Assembly: GCA_046563655.1 (NCBI GenBank)
Contig: CM102290.1
Location: forward strand, 4,092,001 to 4,156,000
Source: Yuukianura sp. NJ FZ-2021
Taxonomy: Eukaryota
Length of the DNA stretch: 64,000 nucleotides
Direction of reading: 5' to 3'
The translations under genes and the position numbers were made by a program. Positions 27,601-39,041 of the stretch are shown one piece after another. Numbering within the stretch: the first letter of the stretch is position 1; each line of letters starts with the position of its first letter. Under the pieces are notes generated by a model, which saw only the letters and a program-made list of their open reading frames with translations, did no database searches and was not told where the DNA came from.

Positions 27601-29960
27601 TCTTGCGCAATTATAGGCTGGTATGCTTGTTTACAATTTCCAGGAAATACTATTTCTTATCGAAGTGACGAATTGTGAGTTAATGGACCTGTGAAGTTAC
27701 GCGAATTCTTCACTAGCTGTGAGACGACGCATTAATCGTCAGATGACTCAAAATTAACAGAAAATTTGGTAGTAATACCCGGTGGAGGTAACGGAGGCGG
27801 CGGTGGATTGAGGTAATGCTCATAATCCTCTGTGCAAATCCCCATGCGCTCCATTGGATACTTCCACTTAAGAATGCTGATCATGGTGCCGTTTCAAAAC
27901 TTCGTTTCAAAAATTTGTTTAAAAACTTCTGGGAACTATACGACTTGAATTTGTTTTAACTTAAAGTCACAATGGCGATTCTACAGAGTACAAACGCTAC
28001 TTTCACTGAGGAAAAATATGGTTGTTTGAACTTATGGCTTCCCAGCGTCTGCAGAAGTACTGTGACACACCCTATTCACTTACAAACGAAATAACTTATG
28101 AGACCCCAGGTACTGAGGTCATTCTATCATAAACGCCACTGCAAGAAAGCGGTCAAGCAGGGGTTGACGCTGAATCATGAACATTGGGAATTGGTACATT
28201 TAAGCAAAACGAATTGGTCTGGAACAATTAAAAAAGTCCATAAGATCAGTTGACAGTCATAATGCGTTGGAATTTAGTCAAACATTGGTCACAAATAGAC
28301 GCCGTCATACGAGTAAGTTCGGTGGAGTCCAATGTACCCTGAAACACAATATCGCCTAATGCCATTCTTGCTGACAATTGTTTTAACTGAAGTCCAATTA
28401 TGCTTGCGTAGCATTTAAGTGGGTAATTTTAGAAAAAATTACATCATCATTCCTGACCGCAACGAACTTTAACAACGAATTGTTTCACTAATCCTTTAAA
28501 ATTCATTTCACTTATTATTGTTTAGGTTTGTACAACTTGCTTGTAGTAACATTAGCATTGATTAATTAGAAAAACAACTAATGTTTCGCTCAAGCTTATG
28601 TTCTACTGTCGCTTTCCAACTGAAATACGAATGGTACTTAGCATTTTTTAAAAATTCGTTTCGCTTTCAATGAAAAGTGGAAAAGTGGTCGCTCGTGATT
28701 TTTAGATGGAATATTGAAGACTACTTTTTTTCAATAATTTATTTTCTATTGTATAATTTTTAAACTAAATAAGATATTTTCTTAAGTATGAGTCGACGGG
28801 TACTCATTTTTGCGGAATCTGAAGTGTTACCTAAATTAAAAAGTTCAAGTTGTCTTACCAGAAACGACGTCGGCCATTTCTAATCCATTTAAGTGCAATT
28901 CACTAATCCACTTTCGATCTGAAAGGATGTCGCCGCTTGAGCAATTGACTCAACGTGTATTACTAAATAACGATGATTGAAAAGTGAACTGGAAAGTAGG
29001 AAATCCAAATTATTGGTTGCGTTTTGTCAAAAGATGAAATATTCCAACGAAGCCACGACATCATTTAGATTCAGAAAAAAAAAACACTTTTATAAAGTAA
29101 TGTTCACTAGACGAAACTGTAGAAAATCCTTCTTACGGAATTGTCAAATTTTGAGGTATTGGAATTTATTTTCTTGAACTTGTTGACGTTGCTGAAACTT
29201 TGACAATGCCTATGATGAGGAGTGGACATGTCCACCCGAAGTGTCTCTCGAGTCGTGAATGACTCTGCCGGTTCTAAAAGAACTTTGTTTTGTCCAATGT
29301 CGTGATGACGCTGTTACTCAACTGTTAACTGTTCTCAAGATTTCAGGATGACGAATGCTCTAAAATGACCTTCGCCAAAACTCAAGCGTGTAGATCATTT
29401 AGAAACAATGGAACATTCAGGAACTAAGATCTCCAAACTACTCGGGGAATGAATTTCCAGCATCTAATCTTTCCAATTAGTAAAAAGAAATTGAAAAAGC
29501 ATCGCAAGCTTATCAATGTATTTCTATTTATTGTAAAAATTCATATGCTTGACCCTAAACTCAAATTGAAAATAGCGAATACGCTTGATGACCTAACAAT
29601 TCAGCACCAATTTGTTTCGCACTGTTTGAGTTGTGTTGCTCTTGCTGGTTTCTTTTTGGTTGAAAACTGTTGGCAAGCATCCAACGTCAATTCAATTTAT
29701 AATATTCTTAAATGTAAGCTGAATCAGAAATAGTAACCAGTCCAGAAGTCCAGATAGAGCGTTTGTGCAGCGAGTATGAGAATTTGTTTTGAAAATTGAA
29801 TTTCTAGAGGCGCTCCACACAGAATTCTTAAAAGACCAAAATAAAGTTCAAATTCGAACTTTTAAGTTTTAGGACTAGCACACAGTGTAGATTGTCTGTT
29901 GAACGCGTTTTTGTTTACTTACTATTTGATTGAACTTTATTGGTTACTCGGGTTGTTGAC

Positions 29961-31177
29961 ATGGGGTCAAGCCTTAGCCGTTTCGACTACAACCTTCCGC
30001 AGGAGGTAGCGTTATAATTGAAATGGATTCAGATTTATATGTACAAATACGAAATTATTTTTTTCTGTTACACAGTTTAATTGGCTGTCTTCAAATACAG
30101 ATGCATTTAACCCTTGCTTTGCCTTGCCGCTATGATTATTAACTCATTTTTTACTCTCTAATTCTAGTTGATCGAGGAGCTCCTGAAGTATTTGTCGCCA
30201 AGTGATCTCCTTAAATGTCGCTTGGTTTGTCACGATTGGAACGAACAAGCGTTGTTAACTGCATATCCAAAAGTAGTCTTCAATGTCGATTTCTCACAAG
30301 GTGATTCCAGAACCCTACTTGACGACAATACTGCTGGTAAATGGACGCAGTTCAAATTCATACGTTGCCAAGGACAGGAAATGTTTGGAAATCCCGGATT
30401 ATTTTGGGTGTCATTTCACAATCGTATAACGTCTCTAGAGTTTTACAGATCTCAGATATATCTAGGTGCCACCAGAGACAATTCGGAGCAGGGCTATGTA
30501 AGATGCAAAAATTCGGAAATTAAGTTAGCATTGAATTAATTTTTAATTCGTTTATTTCCCAGGAAATACTTTGTCCGAACCTGAGGAAGCTGTCAGTAGT
30601 AAATTGCGACGACTATTTCCGCGACTTCGGTAGTAGATTCGCACTGCAAGATACCTTTCAAGTTGGTGGCTTAGATACCCTGAACATTTCAGACAATTCA
30701 TATCTAACAGACAGAATCGTTCTCGGAATGCTTTTACGAACAAGAAATCTCAGATCGCTAAATTTAGCCAATACTCGCATCCAATTTTGTGATGTTATTT
30801 ACAAAAGATTTTATCCATTAGGTAAGTCATACTCATATCACTAACTATCAGTAACTGTTAATGTTAACGGCTTCGTACTATTACATTTAGGAAAGAATAG
30901 CCCGACGGAAGCGTCACTTTTAGACGAATTCAGCGACTACGTGTATACTTTTGAAGCTCTTAGAGCGGTATACTTTGATACCTCGAAGGCACAGAACTTG
31001 AAGGAATTAGTTTTTGATAACACAGAACTTTCGGGGTCAGCATTAATGAAGATCTTTGGAACAAAATTTATGCGGCTGGAGTCATTCTCTATGGTGGGAT
31101 GTAATGAAATCAAAGACGACTACGTAACTTATATTCGCAATATGTTTCCGTCAATTACAATCTTTAGAACTGAATAG
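29961..31177 (+). CDS. F-box/leucine-rich repeat protein, ~306 aa; exons 29961-30005, 30168-30497, 30563-30821, 30891-31177
   Basis: F-box LPQELIEELLKYLSPSDLLKCRLVCHDW, then LRR-like segments (CPNLRKLSVVNC, LDTLNISDNSYLTD, NLRSLNLANT, LESFSMVGCNEIKD). Exon phases are consistent. Confidence 0.85.
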
Positions 31178-31493
31178 CAGTATTGTAGTCTTTCTTAATT
31201 TATTGTTGTGTGATTATTTTCAAAAATTTTATCCCGATAATAACCGATCAACCGAGTTTAAATATAGACAGTACAAAATCAATTTTCAGTTTCAACAACA
31301 TACTCCTTAATTAGTTTAAATTTTTGATGTTAGCATAGCATAACATTACGGTTGTAAAATAATATCTGCAATTGGTGCAACACTACTTAGCGTCGCTAAA
31401 TGAAACGTCAAAGTGTAGCGGGAATTCCACATTTTAAATTCAATTTTTTAAGTTACAAGAAGAAAACACTGGATTAGTATGGCAAGCTGCATA

Positions 31494-31763
31494 GGGGTGT
31501 GACTAAAGATCGGATCCTGCATGAGGAGAGTCCAATATCATGTTGAATTTCTCGGATTGTATAGGTCGGACTTTTCGAAAAAAAACAGTTAAAAAATACT
31601 GGTTACACTTCAATAGCTAGATTTGCTGTTTTCCCTAAACCTAACCTATTCGTATTATTACTAGTTATTATAATTATTTATAGTTTATTAGAGTTTGGGA
31701 AATGACAGTAATACACCTCTCATACAAATCCGAGCTGTCCGACATCCGACGTTTAGCCGGACC
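31494..31763. mobile_element. Degenerate MITE-like element, same family as 38376-38672
   Basis: Ends GGGGTGTGACTAAAG...CTCATACAAATCCGAG...TTTAGCCGGACC resemble the termini and subterminal block of the 38376-38672 copy. Confidence 0.6.
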
Positions 31764-32097
31764 TGTTGCATTGCGGCGTAAACTTTAACTTTTAGGTTTA
31801 CACTTGAATTGCAAGTTGCAATCAATTCACATAATTGCTGAACTGGGTAATGTCAATCGCACACTAGTCTGTAGTTTCGTTGACCTCTGGCCTTTTTACC
31901 ATCCGAAGTACCAAGCGGTGGAGCCTCCCTTATCAGTTTTTGTGCGGGTACTTACCTTTTAAGTACCCGCATCCAACGCATAGCGTACGTAAAACGCGTA
32001 AGCATTAATTGGTCAACTTTTTTTTTATCGTTTCCATGCAAGTATTTGTTGGTTTACAGATTTTCTTAACTAATCACTCGGACACTCGGAATAAGAA

Positions 32098-35000
32098 ATG
32101 GCACTGGCAAGTTCGCTTGAACTGGGTCGAGAATATCATTCTCCTTTACTAAAAGAAGGCGAAGTGTCACCATGTAAAATCTTGACCTCCATCCTTATTC
32201 GGGAACATTTTCTACATGCTGATTACAAAGTCGTCGCTCCCCAATCTAGAATTGATGTCGCCTTCTTCATGTACCGACTTATTACAGTAAGGTTAGAATA
32301 AGGAGTATATTATAAGTTCTTGACGATGGGCAACTTCGTAAAGATACTTGACTGGGTCTAACCTAGCCTATTATAATAACTGTCATTTTTGTAGATGCGG
32401 GACATCAACTGCAAGGAGTTTTTAACATTGTGCCTGAGCCATGAGAATATCATCTCTCCAGAAATCATCCTTTCATTCCTTCATGTCATTCATAACTTGG
32501 TCTGGGGAAATCCTTGCTTTCTCAACGAACTTTTCATTTCAATCATCGACGTTGTTGATAGCTCACAGACAATACTCCTGCGGAAGTCAGTGGCGAAGGG
32601 TAGTCCAATCGGCAAATTTCTCCGGCAGGTTGCGCTTAGTATTCGAAAGATGACTTACCCACAAGTATCGTATTTATACAAGCAGTTCTGGGCCTATGTC
32701 CATGAAGATAATCTCGAGGCTCTTACAAGTGTACTGGAGAGCATAATGCCTGACGCACTGCCGGAAGATTTTCGACTGCTGTACTTCGAACAACACCAAC
32801 CATGCGTTCCTGGAAAAGTAAAACCAAAGCCTGGTCTTGACCACTTCAACAAATTAATTCGCAATCGAGCTAAAACTGGCAGAACGGGATTGGGTCCTTC
32901 TCTCTATGGGTTTCCATTTGCAGCCAAAGCGTCATCTTCTACTCCAACTACGACGAGGAAGAAATCAGCCATGGTGGCGGTACAATCAGTGAACAAGAAA
33001 TCAACTATCGCCAAATGGAATGGAAGAAGAATTATAGAACGGACAGTACGCACTTTGTGTTCAAACTTTTACACAACAGGAACTAGACGATATACTCCAC
33101 GGCAGATCTCAACGTTTCTTGATGCCGTCCGACACAATCCAAGTTCCGAACCGATGTATCCACAAATGGTAAGATCAATGCGTAGTTTATCGCTTGCCTG
33201 AGTGGAGCGCTTTCAATCGCAAATACTTTTGTTGAAAATTTTTCAGCACTTCTTGGAGTATTTGAATTCTATTCAAATAAAAGACTATAGTCGATGTACG
33301 ACTTCTTTGAGGACGACGTTCGATCTCAAAAAGAGGGCAACTGGTTCCGAGCTTAACAAAGCATATGCTGCATACAACTTTGCACTTTTGCATGACTTTT
33401 TTGGATACAGGTTTGTCTCAAAATGTTAAATTGTTTTTCATTTTTATAAGAGGCTGACACTGCTGATTTGGAATTTGTTTGAACAATTTTCAGGGAAGAT
33501 GCCGTGACATTTTTGAATGAAGCCTTTCAAGCCTCCCATGTCTGTGCTGATCAAAAGTGTCTTACTTATTGTAACCATTTATGGGCTGCTATGGAACATA
33601 TTCCTTACAAAGGAGGCATCATCAAAACTCAACTAACAAAACGTATGCACAAAACTCTGTCCTACATGCATTCTTTCAACGTCACTTCAGAGACTTTCAG
33701 CTTTCAAGCACAAGGAAGAAAACCGGTTGAAATTTTTAATGTAAGTTGTCAGTACTTAATCCATAGCTAAGTTGCAAACGAACGAAAGTACCATTAGTTT
33801 TACAATTTTTGTTTTCTTTTTCAGAGTATATGGAGAATTACAAATGGACTTGATTATGAAAACACGGAATCATTACTTCTGATTGCTTTGGCCAACTTGT
33901 TTAGCATTCTGGGTGATAATGAGGTAAAAGGAAACAATTTCTTTTCAAAACATGTGAAATAGGTATTTTTATTCTAAATTATTCTATTCTTAGAGCGTCG
34001 GATTCGTGACAGAAGTATTACTAAGTACTGCCAATGCTGTAAAGTGGCCACTTCGTAGCTACGCTTCAGCTCTTGTACATTTTAGCTCCAGTGCCCTCAT
34101 GCGTGCTGAGGTTAAATTCGCACAAACAATACTGGATGAATACGGGGCAAATCTTTTCAAGCTGGACGGATCCGTAGCTGGAGAACTGTTTACGAAACAC
34201 AATGCAATCTGTAAGGCTACGCGGAGTTTTCTTGCAAGGAAATCCATTGACGAATCTGTGATCGCCACAATACTTGCCTTTGATATTATGGAGTCCCATT
34301 ACTGGTCAGTTTTCATTTCAAACAAAGGAAGTTGTTGGAGAAACTTCTTAACTCATTACTCGTTGAAATATTTCAGGAATGCTTATAATCAAGTCTTGAG
34401 GCAGGATTGGCCTAGGAGCGAAAGATTAATTTCTCAACTATGGGATAATCTAAAAGTGAAATCCTGTGAGAACTCTGACTTAATAATAAGGTAATTAACA
34501 CAGTCTTGAATCGCTTCAATTAAATGGTTCGTATCAAAAACAATTTTTCTTTAGAATACTGATTCTCGAAGCGGAGATTTTTTGCGCAAATGAGAATCCG
34601 ACCGGGGCCCTGCAACGGTTATTTGAAGCTCATCGCCTAGCTGTGAAACTGTCTGCTGATTTCTACATTATGTTTTGTCAGCTCGGAATTTGTTCTATAC
34701 AGGTAAAACTGAGGTTTTAATGTTTTTTATCGTTAAACTTAAATGTAAATTCGATTTTACAACTGAAGTTCTATTTCCGTAGATATTTCTAGGACTACCT
34801 AGCACAGCAATGAAAACTCTGCATCAAGAAACGTTAGTCAAGTGCCGAGCTGCTTGTATGTTTCTTAGTGCCAAACTCTGTGTATTTACTGCCAAGCTAA
34901 CGTTGGGTGAAGACTTTGAGATTCCTTCTTCCGGCGGTGTGGCGGCTACGGAGATGGATATGGCAGAAACCATTGAATTATTCAAAGGGAACGGAGGTTC

Positions 35001-35295
35001 GCAGTATAAACACAAGCAACCCAAAATACCAAAGAAGTCTCGTAAGGCTCCAGTGGACAAACCGTTTGATGAAGTCAAGGACAAATTCATGACCAAGATG
35101 CAGCGACTCCTCGATTACGCAGATAAGACATTCAAGGCATTTGAAAATGACTATTTACGCTACGAGGTTTTGTGTCTAAAGAGGGACCTGTTTACCCGAA
35201 CGTCTAATTCTAAGGAATTGGAAAAAGTGGAGTCGGAAATCTCTCAAGTTCCTACCTCTGACTTATTCGATTTCAAAAGAATTTGTATTATTTAG
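32098..35295 (+). CDS. ANAPC5: Anaphase-promoting complex subunit 5-like (divergent, multi-exon)
   Basis: KSVAKGSPIGKFLRQVALSIRKMTYPQVSYLYKQFWAY and YAAYNFALLHDFFGYREDAVTFLNEAFQASHVCADQKCLTYCNHLW match APC5 hallmark segments; helical TPR-like exons follow. Confidence 0.8.
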
Positions 35296-35403
35296 GAAAT
35301 TTATTACTATTTTGGTACAAAAATAAATTATCATCATTACCTTACTTTTGCTAAGCCAAAAGTTGAATTCATTGAACGTACTAAAATGATTTCAAAATTA
35401 ATA

Positions 35404-38027
35404 CTAGTCACTGACTTCAGTGATTTCGTATTCCTCGGTTTCGTCTGGCGCAGTTCGCTCAATTTGTGTTTCTTCCAAGTCCGACACTGGTTGAGATATT
35501 TCCGTAACGACGTCATCTATGCCTCCACCATTCGCGGCGTCCAAAATATACGACTGCCCTCTCCTTAGTTGAGAAAAAATGTAAGTCAAATCACGTACTA
35601 CAGGTATCAGTAATAATAAACAGAACTTACCTGTACTTTCCAAACCTTCCGAATTCATCAAGAAAACGTCGTTTTTCTGCATTGATATAGATTTGTATCA
35701 TTATTTTCAACTAATCTAAATCTAAATACACTAAACTAAATCAACAACATAAGAATTCCAATTCAAGAATTGGGTTTCATTTGCTCGGATTACCATGCGG
35801 CATTTGTTGAGTAGAAAGTAAGGACATGTATGGAACGAGATCCGTGAAATAGTCCTGAGTCACCGGACCAGGGCAGAAAGCACGTGTATTCTGTATCCTG
35901 ATGTATCATGTCCAAAATCAAAATCAAACCATAAGAAAGGCATACGTGAATCACTGAAACTGATTTGTACAAAAGTACACTTGAAAAGGCTTACATTGTA
36001 TCTGAAGTAGCTGTCACTTCTCGGAACTTTGGTTTATTCAAGGGCTTCCAGCTAGAACCGGCAGGATTTTGATTGGCAAACATTAGGCCGCGAATAGCGA
36101 CGCTTAGACCGAAGTCTTCCCTTACAGCACTTTTATTCTGAAAATTGAGAGCAAGGATTTAACTAGCATTAGAACGGCGAAACAGAAATTGTCAAATACA
36201 AATGCGGGAAAATACTATAGCGATAACGGGCAACTTACGGCATTGTTCTGACTTCCCGTCTCATCCGCCACCCAATGAGAAAATATCGTGGAAGCATCCG
36301 CTAAGCAGCTAGCAGCAATTGTTACATCAGCGAGTGACGTAAAAAATGAAAGGTAATTCTGAGCCAGGAAATTGAAGAAAGTTTCGGGAGAAACTCCAAT
36401 CCTATCCCCAATTTCCTCTGGCACTTCTTTCAATGGGTGAATCCGGCGGTGCACTGCCAGTTTTCCTTCAAGCTTCTCCGTCTCCATTTCTACTACATCG
36501 GATACGTTGCCTGCAAATCACACGCGGTACGTCTTAAATGTCACAAAGATTCCTTTGGGTATGATTTTATCAAATGAAACCCTTACGTTTGCAGTAAAGC
36601 ACTTTGCCAATTGCATGGAACACAAACAATGATTCGTCTTTGGCTACTGCAAGGGATTTGGTGTCTTCGGTGATGGTGAGTTTCCGTTTCTTAGACAGAT
36701 GACCCTTGCGAATTTCTGTTCAATTAAAATGAGGCTTCTTAGATATGTGACATTATTTAGATATTTGTTGTGTTAGCAATTACTAGTAGTCTGGAGACGA
36801 AACTGTAGACTATTAACTGCAGATCTGATATCTCCACCAGACGATGCTAGGACGTCTGCGAGCAACATCGGATCCTTTATTTCGACACCAGCTTGAGACA
36901 GAACGCAGTTCAAGAACTTCGTCATAAATGATGGCGCCACTGGGTTTAAGCTGTAAGAAAAATCAACAGCAAAAACACTCAATACACTACAACTGGACTG
37001 GACCAATGGAAGAAATACTTGACAAACATTAATATTTTTATCTGTATCGTACGCAATTTCGTGGATATCCAACTCCAACAATAGAGACTTCGGAAAGAGT
37101 TTGTAGGAGCTCAGGTCTGAAGACGTTGTATCAGTCATAATAAACACCAGTGGAGACTCCCCAGCGGTTTTATAATTTCTGTGTTGAGAAACAATTAGAA
37201 GAAGTATGTCAACATAATGTTTAATCCATACCTGAGAAATCCATGCAAAAGAGACAGGTCTGTGTAGAAGAAACTGGGAAAGTCCTCTACAAGAATTAGA
37301 GACTTCCTTCGTGCTGCCCCACTCTTCCCTTTAATTGGCAAGGTTGCGTACTGTGAAGACCTGAGCAGGAACTCTACAAAAGAATCAACGGCTGATCGCC
37401 ATTGAACCTCGTCAGAAGTATAGTCCTTAGTATACCCTGCATAAATAAAAATTGTATCAAGATTCACGAATTTAAGAAATGATGGTCACATGTTCCGCAC
37501 AAACCTTCGGCTCTGTACTGTGTTAATGTCATTGGGTTGACCCACTCCTTGACGTGATACCCAAGTTGCTTAGCGACAAGATAAACGGTAGCTGTCTTCC
37601 CAGCCCCAGCAGGTCCGGTGAGAAGGCACATTTTACTCCCCTAAACATACAAACAGGGTCAAAGTCAAATGGCATTGAAGAACATCCTACACTCAATATC
37701 CAAGTTATGTAGTGGTGCAGTTTGCTATTTGGAATCGATCCTTACCTTTGCATTGTCCAACCACGATTCAAACTGTTTGACTTTAGTTTTATGCACAAAA
37801 TGGTCCTCCATGGACTTGGGAAAATACCGTTCTACCCAAGCGGATTCCTTTGATCCGGCCAAGCACAGCTTTCCAATGTTCACCGAAACAGAATTGTTCC
37901 TTTTCCATCCGCCGCTTTTCAATTTGCCAGTGGTTCCAGGATTAGGACTACTTCGATCTGCCCTTGCCATCATTTCCAATTTCTTGAAATTGGTCCCAGC
38001 ATCACGAGATGACTTATGAAATGGCAT
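35404..38027 (-). CDS. RAD17: Cell cycle checkpoint clamp loader Rad17 (multi-exon)
   Basis: WVERYFPKSMEDHFVHKTKVKQFESWL, Walker A LLTGPAGAGKTATV, SLILVEDFP, SGGDIRSAVNSLQF, VFHAIGKVLYCKR, acidic C-terminus. Confidence 0.93.
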
Positions 38028-38375
38028 TTTGTATCCGGATTACGCGTCGTAGATGTAACCCAATCAATCGGTAATACTTCTTCACCACCTACATATCAAA
38101 TATCAACACAGAAAACAACAATTTAGCAAAGGTACTACTATGAGGCCTCTTCTAGCGGCCCTGTTGGGTTTTCAAATTTCATGTATACGTATACCGACCG
38201 ATGCCTGCACTTACCAACCACCAGAAGTTTAATTAGACTCCCAAGTAGTCAAAGTTCGTCGCATCGAATCGAATATAATCGAAACTTAGTTAGCAAAAAC
38301 GAAACAACTTATTCTCGGTTCAATTTCTGGATAAGTTCTCTGTTTGACCTTTTCTGTTCAATCTTTGAAAGTGCG

Positions 38376-38672
38376 GGGGTCTGGCTAAAAGTCGGATATC
38401 CGACTCCTCCTCGGACTCTTCGGATTTGTACGAGGGCTACTGCACAGCGTCATTCCGCGAACTCAACTTTAATAACAAAAGGATTAGGTTTGGTCAAAAC
38501 CCTACCAAGCCTGCCCATTGAAATATAATTTCAAATCGGTAGTTTACGCCAGTGATTTTTTAAAAATCCGAGGAGTCCTCTAGTTAAATATTCCTTGGAA
38601 TCCAACGCGAGGACAGTGTGCACCCCTCATACAAATCCGAGGAATCCGAAATACAACTTTTAGCCAGACCCC
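38376..38672. mobile_element. MITE-like element with terminal and subterminal inverted repeats
   Basis: 17 bp TIR GGGGTCTGGCTAAAAGT (38376-38392 / 38656-38672), plus inner imperfect IR TCGGACTCTTCGGATTTGTACGAGGG vs CCCTCATACAAATCCGAGGAATCCGA. No clear TSD. Confidence 0.75.
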
Positions 38673-39041
38673 ATCGTGGTTCAAAATTAATTCATGTTAG
38701 TAAAAACAAAAACACAAAACAGAAACTTTTTTCCCGCAGTTTTATTTGAAAATTTTGCATTAACATTTACTACGGAAAATAGTACTGAAAAACGTGTGGT
38801 TGAATGGGTTTTAAATGAGAATGTGTAGTATAACAAAAATAAAATTAATCAGGAATCCAATCATCTACTGTAATTTAGTAACAATGGATTCTACCTTCAA
38901 ATCTTAGTATTAAAAACACGCAAGACTTATTTTTATCGGTATGAAAGCGGAATGCTTAATGATTTTTATTCTCTCCATTTCAGTTTATTTGCAAATTGAA
39001 AAACAAAGGGTTAAAGGATAAGCTGTGAATTCTTATTAGTG

